A stretch of 64,000 bases of DNA. It comes from Sphyrna mokarran. Taxonomy: Eukaryota. Below are positions 24,613-37,354 of the stretch, piece by piece (position 1 is the stretch's first letter; the number at the start of each line of letters is the position of its first letter). The notes below the pieces were generated by a model. It was not told the origin of the DNA. It saw only the letters and a program-made list of their open reading frames with translations, and did no database searches. Both the position numbers and the translations under genes were made by a program. The DNA is taken from assembly GCA_024679065.1 (NCBI GenBank), contig JAGIQG010000021.1, forward strand, positions 34,100,001-34,164,000, read 5' to 3'.

Positions 24613-25199
24613 GCTGATGTGTGTGTGACTAAAAACAATCCAATCTGACATCAGCTTCTTCATTGCAGGACTATGGGAATGGTCCAACCAGATTGTCCTG
24701 CAGAGGACTGATGGGTCGTATGGCCTCCTTCTGTCCTGGAATGACTTGTAACTTAATGCCACATATATTTTACAACGCTTTGGCTGACAGCTTTGGGGTG
24801 GTGTGATAAACTAAATTGTATTACAGCCTCAGTAAAATATTCATCAAAAGAGGCCATTGGGTAGGACTTGTCCCCAGGCAGTGGCATCCCAGCAGCAAGA
24901 TAAACTCTGGTACAAGTCAGCCATGATTTGTAGCTGGTGGACTACATGGTTTTGTATGTTCATCCAGAACAAAAGAAACACAAGGATCTGAGGAATAGGA
25001 GCAGGAATAGACCACATGCCCATTGAACTTGCTTCACCATCCATTATGGTCTTGGCAGATCATTGGCTTCAACTCTTTTTCCTGTCTCTATCCCTTAATT
25101 CCCAGAGAGACCAAAAATCTATCCCAGTCTTTAGTGTATGTGGGACAGTTTACACACCAGTGAGGAGGACTTTGCAGGATCAACCATGTGGGTGGTCCA

Positions 25200-25500
25200 T
25201 TCAGTTTCAAACCTTTTATTAGGCTTCGTAACAGGCTGACACAGCTTGATTTACTTTACCACAACTACTAGAAGGGCCTGGAGTCACAGGTAAACAAAGC
25301 TATGTAAGAATGGCAGATTTTTACCTGAAAAGGAGGACATTAGTGAATCAGGCGAGTTTTTATAGTCATCGTTACAATGGTGGCTTTCAGTTTTAGGTTT
25401 ATTAATTTAAATTTCACCAGTTGCCCTAGTGGGATTTGAACCCATGTCTCCAGAGCATTCACCTGTGTTCGTAGCCCAATGAAATTACTGCTATACCACC
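25200..25500 (-). mobile_element. tRNA-headed SINE (family of 34545-34880)
   Basis: ggcagatttt..ctgaaa..ggacattagtgaa.cag; gggatttgaaccc B-box. Confidence 0.55.
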
Positions 25501-25629
25501 ACCTTTCCTGGCCCCAACTCCACTTCCCTGCCTGTTTCTTATAAGCCTATAAATCAGGAATCTATTTATCTTAATTTTGAATATACATTCTCTCTTGCAT
25601 GTTCTTCCACTGAGAAAAAGGTGCAAAAG

Positions 25630-25870
25630 TCTGAGGTCACGAAAAACCTGACTCAAGAACAGCTTCTTCTCTGCTGCCATCAGACTTTTGAATGGACCTA
25701 CTTTATATCAAGTTGATCCTCCTCTACACCCTAGCTATGACTGTAACACTACATTCTGCATTCTCTTATTTCCTTCTCTATAAGTGGTATACTTTGTCTC
25801 TATACTGCCCAAGAAATATTTTTCACGATACGCTAATACATGTGACAATAATAAATCAAATCAAAAATCA
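25630..25870 (+). mobile_element. Rex1/Babar LINE 3' end
   Basis: RLKNSFFSAAIRLLN (gactcaagaacagcttcttctctgctgccatcagacttttgaat); catgtgacaataataaatcaaatc tail. Confidence 0.75.
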
Positions 25871-27489
25871 AAAATATTCAGTGACTCACCTTGTCTGGTG
25901 CAGAATCCCAAAGATTCAAAAATTAAACTGACACACAAAAGCAAATTTGCACAAATTTGAAAAAGCTGAACATGTTTTACACTGGCATTAATGTGGAGCC
26001 ACCTGCATATATAATGCAATTTAGCTTCAAATCTAATCTCAGAATGACTACAAGGTTTAGCCATTAGCACTGCATCATCCATCAGTCACATCATTGCAGT
26101 TTACAGGAATGTGTCATCTCATCTTTGGTTGAAGGATTAGTGAATCCACAATGCTTCTCTTGGTCTGGTTACTTGGTTATAGATAAAAAAAAGTCATATA
26201 TATTTGTAGCATCTTTCACCATTTCAGGCTGACCCAAAGCTCTTTATATCTAATGGAATACTTTTTGAATGCAGTCATCGTTCCAAATGTAGGAAATGCC
26301 TATTTATCAACTTTCACACAGCAAGGTGCTACAAAATGATCAAATAATTTGTTTTAGCAATGACTATGAAAATAATGAATAATGAAATAATGAATAATTT
26401 CCAGTTCCAAAGTCAGACAGCCTTGTCTCTGCCTCGTGTAATTTTGTGGACCTCTATGAAGTCTCCCCTTGGCCTCTTCTTCCCAAGGAAAACAATCCTA
26501 GTTTATTCAACCTCTCCTCATAGCCAACACCCACGAGGCCAGACAACATCCTGCTGACTTTCTTTGCACTCTCTCTCCAAAGTTTGCACATCCATCTGGT
26601 ATTGTGGTGATCAGAACTGCATGCAATATTCCAAATGTAGGTTTTATATAGTTTCATTTGACCTAAAGAACTGGGATGCCTGTTTGGCATTGCAACTTTT
26701 TTCAATGGGCTGCAACCTCCAGCCAAAACTCATCTGCAGAAGTCTCACCTCCTTTGAACAGATGTGACACTTATGTTCTGTCAAATCCATGCACCCCATG
26801 GAAAATTTAAAACCTACTTCAGAATTACTCTCAATTTGCTGCTTAACAGCCTGGTTTGCCTGCCCACTGCTGCCTTGCATATCCCTGATCTTGCTGCTCG
26901 ACTATCCAGGGGAAACTTGCCTTTTGGCAGGAAGAGGTTGGAGTTCAACTTCAATAGGTTCCCCTGCTATTTACCTCTAAGGCCATCGCCATGGTACTGG
27001 TAAAACTCTGCCCATCATGCTTAATCAATGTAAATGGAGAATTTGTTTGAAGTTACTGAGCTATTTTTAATCAAAAAGAAAGCCTCTGCTAAACATAAGA
27101 AATGTAGTATTGGCATATTTGTTGCTTTACGTAATTATAACTCACTCTTCTTTGTATATAAATGAAGCAGGAAGCAGGGAAATTATACCCATACAAAGAA
27201 CTAACAGAAGATTTGAATGTGTGTTCTTTTCTGTTTGCTTAGTAGGTTGCTAAGCTATTGGGATTGTCATATTACCTTCATTAAAACGCTAACATGGATA
27301 AAAGTATCTAATTTCAGATATGCAGAGGATTCAAATTTTCTTTGCACAATTGAGAAGACAATGGGTGGGATTTTACAGCCTTGCTCAAGCGGAAACTGAA
27401 ATTCTTACTTGAGGTCAACGAAGATTTCTGTTGTAGGACCCTCGCCTGCTCCAATTAAGTGGCAGGCAAGGTGATAAGAATTCTGGCAA

Positions 27490-28300
27490 ATAACTTGCAT
27501 TCATATAGCACTTTTAGATTTGTAAAACACCCCAAGGTTGTTCACAGAGGTAATCAACACAATTTCTCACTGAGTCATGTAAAGAAATTTCAGGAAATGA
27601 TCCACCCCAACCGCTCCCCTCCCCCTCCCCCCGCCAGTCCCCCCATGATCTTGCAGAGGAATACAGGTGAAAGAATGTTCTCAAGCCCTTTCTGTCACCC
27701 AATCAGATGATGGACACCACTTACTGTGACTTCAATTACCAGACTTAGAGCCAACGTTTCGAAAGAGGTTGGTTTTGAGAAACATCTTTGATGAGGTACA
27801 GAATGGTAAGAGGCAGGGAGGAGGGGGCAGTTTCAGAACAGAAACCTGATGGAACGGAGGACAAGACGCAGTGATTAAAATCAGGGGCTGAAAAGAGGTT
27901 AGACTTGGACAGTGAGACTGGAGAGAAATGTAAGAAAACCAGGAAGAATTTTCAAATCGAGGTTTTGTGGGATCAGGTACGAATGGAGAACAGCTAGTGT
28001 GCAAGGGTGATGGAAAAATGGGTCTTAATCAGCAAATTAGGAAAGATTTTGATTTGGCTGGGCTCTACTTGGCAAATGCAAGGTAGGAGGCAAGTAAATG
28101 AACTTTGAAATGATCCAGAGATAACAAAAATATGGGTGAGAGTTTCAGTAGTGGATGAACTGAGGTGGTGCAATGATGAACAATGATACATAGGTGAAAT
28201 TAGGCCATCTTGGTAATGGAATGGATATTAGCTCGAAGCACATTTCAGTCAGGATACCAAGGTGATGAATAGTTTAGTTCTGCCTCAGATAGTGGCTGGA
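27490..28300 (-). mobile_element. L2 LINE 3' region, interrupted by a local duplication
   Basis: aacttgcattcatatagcac tail, gaggttggttttgagaaacat, TETLTHIFVIS (cf. ETLIHAFVTSR). Confidence 0.65.
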
Positions 28301-28389
28301 AGTTAAATAAATAAATATTAATAGTCCATGAAGAGGAATCATTTTGATACAAAATACAGAATCATTGCGAAAGATAAAAGAAATACTAT

Positions 28390-28559
28390 GGCCAAAATCT
28401 CACTGGCGTTTATGCTAGTGGGATCTTATGACCCCTCTGACATTTTTTGACAGCGAGGGGTGTGTTCAGTGGGTAACCCTATTGACTACAGCGGGACTGT
28501 AAAATCCCACCTCCAGCGAGTGCCACACCTGCACTGGGAAGGGGGAGGAAAATCCCACC
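28390..28559. mobile_element. Harbinger-type MITE (degenerate)
   Basis: ggccaaaatctc...ggaaaatcccacc termini with tat/cat flanks. Confidence 0.45.
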
Positions 28560-29209
28560 CATGATCTCAATGTAAAAATGTAGATAGTAATTTAGGTTGA
28601 TTATCATTCAACATGTCATGCCTCCTCATACCACAGGGTTTCTAAGACTAGCTGGTCTTCCCTCGCTTCCTTCATTTTCGTTTCATGCCTCATGAAAGCT
28701 AATGGTCTAACTGTTTTGGAAATGTGATGAGCCAATAATCTGCCAGTTATTGCAGCCCACACTGATGATACAGTTACCTGGCCTCAAGCTGGTTGCACTG
28801 CACATAGGTGTCTCCTTAAGTAGTGTATGAAAGCTTCCCAATGGGACACCTTACAGATTCTTTGTCCCCATCCCCCTTTCCATCTTACAAGTTTATCACC
28901 TTTGGCACAAAATATTGGAGCCCTCATTTTGCCCTGTTGAAGATGATCTCTGTTTCATGTACCATGGCACGTGCCCCCACCCCAACCCCTCCAGTCCCCA
29001 CATGATCTTGCAAAGGAACACAGGGGAAAGAAGGTTTTCAAGCTCTTTCTGTCACCTAATCAGATGATAGACACCACTTACTGTGACTTCAATTACCAGT
29101 CTTTGATCCAGACTCTGACCCTTGATGCTGAAAATTTGAATTGACTCATGCCCTTTTGGGGAGAGAGTTCCAGATTTTAATTATATGCTTTGTGACCACT
29201 GTTCCAGAT

Positions 29210-29522
29210 TTGGCACAACGGTCAGCAGTGCTGCTTCACAGTGCCAGGGACCCAGGTTTGATTCCCAGCTTGGGTCACTGTCTGTGTGGAGCTTGTGTGC
29301 TCTCCCTGAGTCTGTGTGAGTTTCCTCTGGGTGCTCCGGTTTCCTCCCACATTCCGAAAGACATGCTTGTTAGGGCATTGGCCATGCTAAATTCTTCCTC
29401 AGTGCACCTGAATAGGCGGCAGAGTGTGGCGACTAGGGGGTTTTCACAATAACTTCATTGCAATGTTAATGTAAGCATTACTTGTGATACTAATAAACAA
29501 ACTATAAAACTTTAAACTTTAA
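29210..29522 (+). mobile_element. V-SINE
   Basis: tRNA-like head gcagtgctgcttcacagtgccagggacccaggtttgattccc, V-domain, actaataaa..aaacttt tail. Confidence 0.85.
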
Positions 29523-29687
29523 ATGAAATTAATCTTAGGGAATTCCATCAGAGAGGAATAAGATTGGAGGAAGATCGGACATATCCTATTTTTACGGCAC
29601 TAGCTGTCATGTAAGTTCAAGTCTGTGAATGGATAGTGAATGGATAAGTGGGTGAGAGACTGAATGTCTGGCTGGATAGATAGAGGT

Positions 29688-30598
29688 CGTAGAGGTTTAC
29701 AGCATAGAAAAAGGCCCTTCGGCCCAACTTGTCTATGCCACCCCTCTTTTTTAACACTCCTAAACTAATCCCAATTGCCAGCATTTGGCCCATATCTCTC
29801 TATACCCATCGTACCCATGTAACTATCTAAATGCTTTTTAAAAGATAAATTGTACCCGCCTCTACTACTATCTCTGGCAGCTTGTTCCAGACACTCACCA
29901 CAATGTGTGTAAAAAATTGCCTCTCTGGACACTTTTGTATCTCTCCCCTCTCATCTTAAACCTATGCCCTTTATTTTTAGACTCCCCTACTTTTGGTAAA
30001 AGATAATGACTATCTGCATTATCTGTGCCCCTTGTTATTTTATAGACCTCAGTAAGATCACCCCTCAGCCTCCTGCGTTCCAGAGGAAAAGAGTCCCAGT
30101 CTATCCAGCCTCTCCTTATAACTCAAACCATCAAGTCCCAATAGCATCCTAGTAAATCTTTACTGCACTCTTTCCAGCTTAACAATGTCCTTTATATAAT
30201 AGGGTAACCAGAATTGGACACAGTATTCCAAGTGTGGCCTTACCAATGTCTTGTACAACTTTAACAAGACATCCCAACTCCTGTATTCAATGGTTCCATT
30301 GATGAAACCAAGCATGCTGAAGACATTCTTCACCACTCTATCCATCTGTGCTCCACTTTCAAGGAGTTATGAATGTGTACCTCTAGATCTCTTTGTTCTG
30401 TAATTCTCCTCAACACTCTACCATTAACTGAGTAATTCCTGCCCTTGTTCAATCTACCAAAATGCATCACTTCACATTTGTCTAAATTAAATTCCATCTG
30501 CCAATTGATCAAGATACCATTGCAATTGGAGATAACTTTCTTCACTGCCCACTGTGCTACCAATCTTGGCGTCATCTGCAAACTTACTAACCATGTCC
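29688..30598 (-). mobile_element. 5'-truncated CR1 LINE
   Basis: WQMEFNLDKCEVMHFG and LYKTLVRPHLEYCVQFW; aggcccttcggccc tail. Confidence 0.9.
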
Positions 30599-31949
30599 CA
30601 TGATTGTTGAGGTGAGCAAGATAGGTAAGTTGGGTAATATGGGTGATGTGGCTGATGTGTGTAAGGAGGATGAGGTAGAATAGGTGGGTAAGGTGGCAGG
30701 CATGTTGCTGGTTGTTAGTTCTGGTCCGGAGGGCTAGTTGGAAGGTCAGGGGTAGTCAGATCACATCAGGAGGGTAATCAGGTTGAAGGAGATAATTTGG
30801 CGGGGGTGGGGGAAAGATCACTTCTTTAGTTATCCAGATGTTACACCAGAATTTTTCTGAGATTTCCTTAGTTACTATCCAAATTATTACTGTGGAATAA
30901 TCCAAAGTCTCTGACTCTAGCTCAGAATCAGAGATATTTTCAGGGGGGCCTGTAGAGCAGGTGAATTATTCATTGGAAGTTGAAATCTCCCAGGCAATTC
31001 CAATGTAGGTTCTCACATCAAGATATCTGCAGACTCCCAATGCGCAACTTCAATCATACATCGAGTCTCAGACATCTGGAGATCGGAAAGGTTTGGTCCA
31101 ACATGTAGCCTATTGATTGCGTTTAATACTTAATTTAAGCATAAGCAAATGCAAGTGTGTTACTGCAAGTTTCCTCATAATTTAGCTCTTTAAGCCTTGA
31201 TAAATTGTGTTGTGTCCAGTTTAAGGACAATACATCATTCCTCATGAGAGTGCCCAAAATTGAACATGGTTCTTCAGGTGGGGTCTGACCAAGGTCCAGT
31301 AAACTGAAGCAAACTTCCTCCCGATTACCTTCCAACCTCATTGCAATAAAGAGCAACATTCCATTGATTAAGATTATTTCCTGTAACTATATGCTAATTT
31401 TTAGTGAGTATAATCTTTTCATGGACCCAAATCACTTTGCTTCCTTTATTTCCTTGTTTTCTGCACTAAAAAAAATTCCAATTTATTTTTACATAGAAAC
31501 ATACATAGAAGATAGGGGCAGGAGGAGGCCATTTGGCCCTTCGAGTCTGCTTCGCTATTCACCACAATCACGGTTGATCATCCAACTCAATAGCCTCATC
31601 CTGTTTTTCCCCTTAATTTTTGACCCCATTCACCCGAAGTAGATTGAAAACTCCATTTGTGCAAAAGGGCCCTGATTCAGATATGGAACCTTTATCAACA
31701 TTGATAAATGCTGCCGGCTTTAACTCCTCCTGCTGAGTGAAGTCAGACTCCAACACAATATGGTGTTGGGCAAAATTCTGACAAGGATATTTGTACTGCA
31801 GAATTGAACTCTATGGCACTGTTACGAAATCAGAAAATCTGCAAACTTCAGACCAATTTCTATTCAAATAAACTGAATAGATGATGGCACAAAGATTATT
31901 AGTTTATCAGAAATTCACACCAAAGTATTGGAGTTGAATTTAATGCATG

Positions 31950-32335
31950 CTTGATTTGATTTGATTTATTATTGTCACATATACTGGGATACAATGAAAA
32001 GTATTGTTTCTAGCACACTATCTGGACGAAACATATCATTCATAAAGTACATAGGAGAGAAGGAAAGAAGAGAGTTCAGAATGTCGTGTTACAGTCATAG
32101 TTAGAGTGTAGAAAAGCATTATTTAATATAAGGTAAGGTCTATTCGTGGCAACAGGGAAGAAGCTGTCCCTGAGTCATTTGGTACATGAGCTTAGACTTT
32201 TGTATCCTTTTTCCCGATGGAAGAAGGCGGAAGAAAGTTTGTACAGGGTGTGTGGGGTCCTTGATTATGCTGGCTGCTTTTCTGAGGCAGCTGCAAGTGT
32301 AGACAGAGTCAATGAATAGGTGGTTTGGGCACATC
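31950..32335 (-). mobile_element. Rex1/Babar LINE 3' end
   Basis: CLRKAASIIKDPTHP..FRLLPSGKR; (caaat)n tail. Confidence 0.8.
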
Positions 32336-33774
32336 ACGAGTTGTTTTATACCAGTTACATTTCCAATTCAGTTTGGTTAACACTGTAAATAGATGTTGTC
32401 AAGTGGGTATGATAAAAAATCTGGAATATTATTCACTTAACAGCACAACTGCAGTTATTGTTAATAAGCACATAAAATAATTTTTACTTAAATTAATTTT
32501 TAATTTCTATTTAATTAGTGCCAATATTTTAAGATAGAAACAACTTTTATGAAATATAAAATTCCTTTTTATGCAAAATTACTATTAATTGATTATGTTA
32601 CAAAGCATAGGTATTCACATTTGGTAACAGTAATTAAAAATGAAATGGTCGATGACAAGCCATTTCTGTCCTAACCTATTTTACCTGCAGATGGCAAACA
32701 TGTACCACGTTTTAATGGTGGCTATTTCATATTAAAATGATCATCGTAAACAAAAGTAACAGGTTACTTTTAAAATCTGGCAATGGTCTTAAATGATGCA
32801 TGCAGTTATTAGGAGTGGACCTCCTAATACTGGTCCTCACCTTGTGCTCTCTGTGACCCTTCAGGCTTGGAAAGTTGGGGACAGAAAGCAGACATCTAAG
32901 CATATATTCAATGAGTTCTATTGCCAACATGTGCTGAAAATACGACTTGTATTTCACAAAATTGTAAAATTGTAATGTGCCAGCAAATCACATGCACCAT
33001 CTACAAGTGTAAGCTGCTGACATTGTTGTTGTTGCTATGAATGAATTAATTAAGTGACCTCCCTTAGTGTGGGACCACTTTATGACAACTGACTTCCTGG
33101 ATTCACTGCGGACACATTTCATGTGGGCAATAATATACAATGAGTGATGACGAAATGGGCAGCAGGATTTATCTTGCTCCATCTATTTATTCCAATCAAA
33201 TGCTAATTCGCTTTGGATATGTTATACCATCACAAAAAAGCTAAAATCTAACCCCATTTAGTCCAGAAAAGCTCCGCACATGAGCAACATTTTATTAAAA
33301 TTCTGTGTGGAAGGTTTCAAGAGCAAAGGTATTGGAAAAGATGTCAAAGGCGTTAAAACTACAAGAGTAGTGAATGTAAACATACAAGCAAATGCTACTG
33401 AAAATAATTTGGTTTGAACGGTGAAATTAAGTTTTAACAAATAATCATGTTTGCTATTTTGGTTTTATACGTAAAGTTTGAAATATGTACTTGGATTCTG
33501 CAAAGCACTTGGCTATTTTTCACATGCCAGAAACATAGCTTAATGTTAGTGGGATTAGTTGGAATTGAATGTAGCTATAAAGAGAAGATTCCACTGCATG
33601 CATTTTATTACCATTTCTGGTATTTAATAAAAATGCAAAAGTTGATTTCAAAATCTGGGTAAACTGCTTAATTTAGTCTCTTGATCTATCCAATCACGGC
33701 AGATGCTTTGGCTTCTTTCCTATTCAAGTTGCACCTCACTTGGATCAAATGAGTTCAGTAATGTTTGAGACACT

Positions 33775-33910
33775 GGCTAGAATTCTCCAACCTCACCCAC
33801 GGCTGAGACTCTCCAGTCCTACTGCTGTCAATGGAGATTTGGCTGAGCACCAGATTCTCTGTCCTAACCGGCAGCAATAGCAGAGCGTACAAAATGGGAG
33901 AATTCCAGCC
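33775..33910. mobile_element. Harbinger-type MITE
   Basis: TIRs GGCTAGAATTCTCC / GGAGAATTCCAGCC (13/14 match); act/aat flanks. Confidence 0.7.
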
Positions 33911-33949
33911 AATACTATTTGCCAGGGAATGAATGAATGGCACTGCACC

Positions 33950-34120
33950 AAGGATCCAGGTTAGGTGGATTGGCCATGTTAAATTCCCCTTAGTGTCAGG
34001 GGGACTAGCTAAGATAAATTCATGGGGTTATGGGAATAGGGCCTGAGTGAGATTGTGATCAGTGCAGATTTAATGGGCTGAATGGCCTCCTTCTGCACTG
34101 TAGGATTCTATGATTCTATG
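33950..34120 (+). mobile_element. HE1-like SINE 3' half with a CR1-derived tail
   Basis: aggttaggtggattggccatg..aaatt.cccttagtgtc...gggctgaatggcctccttctgcactgtaggattctatgattcta. Confidence 0.75.
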
Positions 34121-34544
34121 AACTCGAAGCATAGGCATGGCACTTTAGTTAAGACTGATATTAGGATCAGACACATAAGTTTCCATCTTCATGTTTCAAA
34201 GAGAAGTTTCCATGTGAGCAACTTCCATTGGAATTTCATGATCACACTCCTCACAATTTTTCATCCATTTGTCTTCTCAACAGCCTCCAGTGTGGATATG
34301 TAAAATACCCTATGAGGTGTCATGAGGTTTGTAGGAAATAAGCCATCCACAATTAAGCAATAAGTAGAGTTTTCGGCTGGTTTTCCATGCATTGGAGTTC
34401 TTGAATTGCAATCTCAATGAATCCCAATGAATTGAACACGATCTCTTGGATGTTGCATGATATAAATCTTCTGGCAGCATGGGGTGAACTCAACACCTTC
34501 AACCAAAGAAAACAATTTAGAGCGAACCAGATATTGGCCCTTAG

Positions 34545-34880
34545 GAGAGGCAGTGGTACAGTGATATTGTCGCTGGACGAATGATCCAGAGACCCCAGGG
34601 TAAAGCTCTAGGGACCTGGGTTTTATAGCCCACCATGGCAGATGGTGGATTTTCAACTCAATAAATTTCTGCAATTAAAACTCAAATGGTACCCATGTCA
34701 TAAAAACCTATCTGGTTCACTAGTGTCCTTTAGGGAAGGAAATCTGCCATCGTCTGGCCTCCCCTGACCCAAGTGATGTAGTTGACTCTTAAATGCCTCT
34801 GAAACAGCCTAGCTCAAGAACAATTAGTGGTGGAGAACAAATGCTGGCCATGCCGGCAGTGTCTATGTTAGATGAAAGAT
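34545..34880 (+). mobile_element. tRNA-headed SINE with a tail from the CR1-group LINE family
   Basis: ggcagtggtacagtg head, ctggttcactagtgtcctttagggaaggaaatctgcc core, caattag..gg...aaatgctggcc tail. Confidence 0.6.
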
Positions 34881-35411
34881 TAAAAGGAAATTTGCCATGT
34901 GCAAAATTCCTGATCTACTTTGTATCATCAAGGAATTGAACTGGTTTAGTGATTTTCTACAAACAGGTAGAACAGGTTTGTCCTTGCTTGAGAACCTTCC
35001 ACAGCTCAAGCTTAAACTAAAAAGGAAAGGAGAAGCTCCTTAAAATTACTGAATATGTCTGTAAGCAGTTTATTTCACGGCTGCCTCTGGGATGGATTTT
35101 GTACGTTTAACAAATTCAAAAATTCAAGTTATGTAAGTAGCAATGCAGGCAGCAAATCAATAGTTGCTAAAATGTCTCAACAGCCAAAAATAATATTGCC
35201 AGACTGATGGGATAGAAGTTTACTTTAGCTGACATTTAAGGTTCCATGCCTATTATATTTGAATTTGGAGAAGTAAAGCATTCTATTTCTGTTGCTATTA
35301 CATTAACATGGCTGGCATATAAATTCACTTAGGACAGAGCGAGGTGCTTTTCTGAATATGGGATTAGAGCACAATTTTGAGACTGACAATAGGAGGTTTA
35401 TTCAATATCTA

Positions 35412-35715
35412 AGTTAAAAGTTAAAGTTAATGCATTAGTCACAAGTAAGGCTTATATTAACACTGTAATGAACTTACTGTAAAAAATCTCCGAGTCGCCA
35501 CACTCTGATGCTTGTTCGGGTACACTGAGGGAGAATTTAGTATGGCCAATGCACCTAACCAGCACATGTTTCTGTCTGTGAGAGGAAATCGGAGTACCCA
35601 GAGGAAACCCAGGCTAACACAGGGAGAACGTTCAGACTCTGCACCGACAGTAATCCAAAGCAAGAATCGAACCCAAATCTCAGGTGCTGTGAGGCAGAAG
35701 TGCTAACCACTGCCC
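35412..35715 (-). mobile_element. V-SINE
   Basis: V-domain plus tgtgaggcagaagtgctaaccactg head. Confidence 0.85.
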
Positions 35716-36261
35716 TTGTTATACTTCAACTTGATCTTTGCTTTCCAGTTGCACTGTTTGATATCGGTAGGACATCTTAGACCATTGGCCAATTCCTTCT
35801 TTGTTAAGTGGGCAGCTCTTAGCAAGGCTGCAAGCATCAAATCAAAGGTGACTTTCAACTAGCTTTTGTGCTATAAATGATTGGGCCAAGGCATTCAGTC
35901 ACAAATGGTCTATTGTGACCACATAGTCTTGGCTTGTTCTGTGTGACTACCACTAGATTACCTTCAACTGCAGATAACGTGGGCAAAAATTTCCACGTTT
36001 CAATAGTTGAAGTCATGTGAAACTGAACCTCTTTTTATTCATTCATGGGATGTGGGCACTGCTGATTAGGCCAGCGTTTATTGCGCATTGCTAATTGAGA
36101 ATGTGCTGCTGAATTGTCTTCTTGAATCTTGTAGATGGTACACTGCTGCCACTGGGTGTCAGCAGTGGAGAGAATGCATGTTTGTGGAAAGGATAGTCCA
36201 TGTAAAGTAGGTGCACCCTCAGTGCTGTTAGGGAGGAAGTTCTCGAATTTTGACAGTGAAG

Positions 36262-37354
36262 TGTTGCCTGCTGCATAGTCCGTTTTAACCCTTATACGGT
36301 GGACAAATAAGTAGACGTCTTATTAGTACAACCAATATTTATTTAAACTGACACAATCAATAGTCACCCGCCTGATCAACAATACGTTATCTTACAGGAA
36401 AATACTAGAATTCAAGTTCAATACAAGACCTTGACTTAACTTTGTGTGACTGGCAAGTACCCAATCCGATATTGGCCTTTATCTGTGTGCTGGTCTTGAT
36501 AGTCATCTGCATAGTCTGGTCCTTTGGTCTGGTGTGGCACTCCAGCTCTTGTCTTCTTCCTTCCTTCCCAGGTGTGGTGGTTCTCCTCTTGCTGGCGATG
36601 GTCACCATTCTTTTAAAACTTTATTCCAATCCAATCCAATCAAATCAAATCCAATTCAGAATCCCTGATCCAAGCTGACAAGACAGGGTTCTCACCATCT
36701 ATCTTGGGCTTGATCTACATGATCCAAGCTGATTGGAGTAGGTATAGCTCCTCCTCCAAGACTTGACCTTATTTGCATCTTAGCCAAAAGGCCGAGATGC
36801 CGCTTTAAAAAATTGCTTCAAATGAAGCTGAAATGTAACCTAATGACTTCAACTTGCTGGCGATGGTCACCATTGTTGTAGCTTGTTTTGAAGTCAGAGA
36901 GAGAGAGAGATTCCTGGTTGTGCAGCACCCTTTATACCCCATTTGGTTTCACACCCCTGTTTGGCCATTGCCAATCAATCAGTCAGGACTTGATCACCCT
37001 AATCGATAAGAATCTAATCTGGTGCTACCATACCAATCTCTGGGTGTGTCGCCAGCAGCCATTCTGTAGGTATTGGAGGCACATAGGTCACATACCTCCC
37101 TCCTAAATAAGGGTTCACAGTGCCTCTATATCTAGTACACAACCCAGTATGACCAGAAAGTCTCTTTCATCCTGGAGATGAAACAAGCCAGTGTGACTGT
37201 AAAGTCTCTTTGATCCTGGAGATGACCCATATCCTGTTTGTTCACTCACCCAGATTGCAGCCTGTTTGTCTCTGTCTTTAAACTGCAGCCTGTCAATTTA
37301 GTTTGTCTCAGAGTGCTTTACAAGACTCCATTTTGGATGGGCCATTTGGCTACA
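36262..37354 (-). mobile_element. Solo LTR (ERV1- or Gypsy-type) inserted in a CR1-group LINE
   Basis: TGT...ACA termini; 4-bp TSD GAAG at 36258-36261 and 37355-37358; minus-strand TATAAA at 36936-36931 and AATAAA at 36343-36338; host LINE reads through when it is removed. Confidence 0.75.
36610..36852 (-). mobile_element. Short retroposon containing a U2 snRNA 5' segment
   Basis: 22-bp TSD cttgctggcgatggtcaccatt at 36588-36609 and 36853-36874; 36800-36777 matches U2 nt 4-27 at 23/24; (ATTGG/ATTTG)n + AATAAA end. Confidence 0.75.

Noticed and set aside
36777-36800. Functional U2 snRNA gene
   Set aside because: Only about 24 nt match; no branch-pairing region or Sm site; embedded in a TSD-flanked insert
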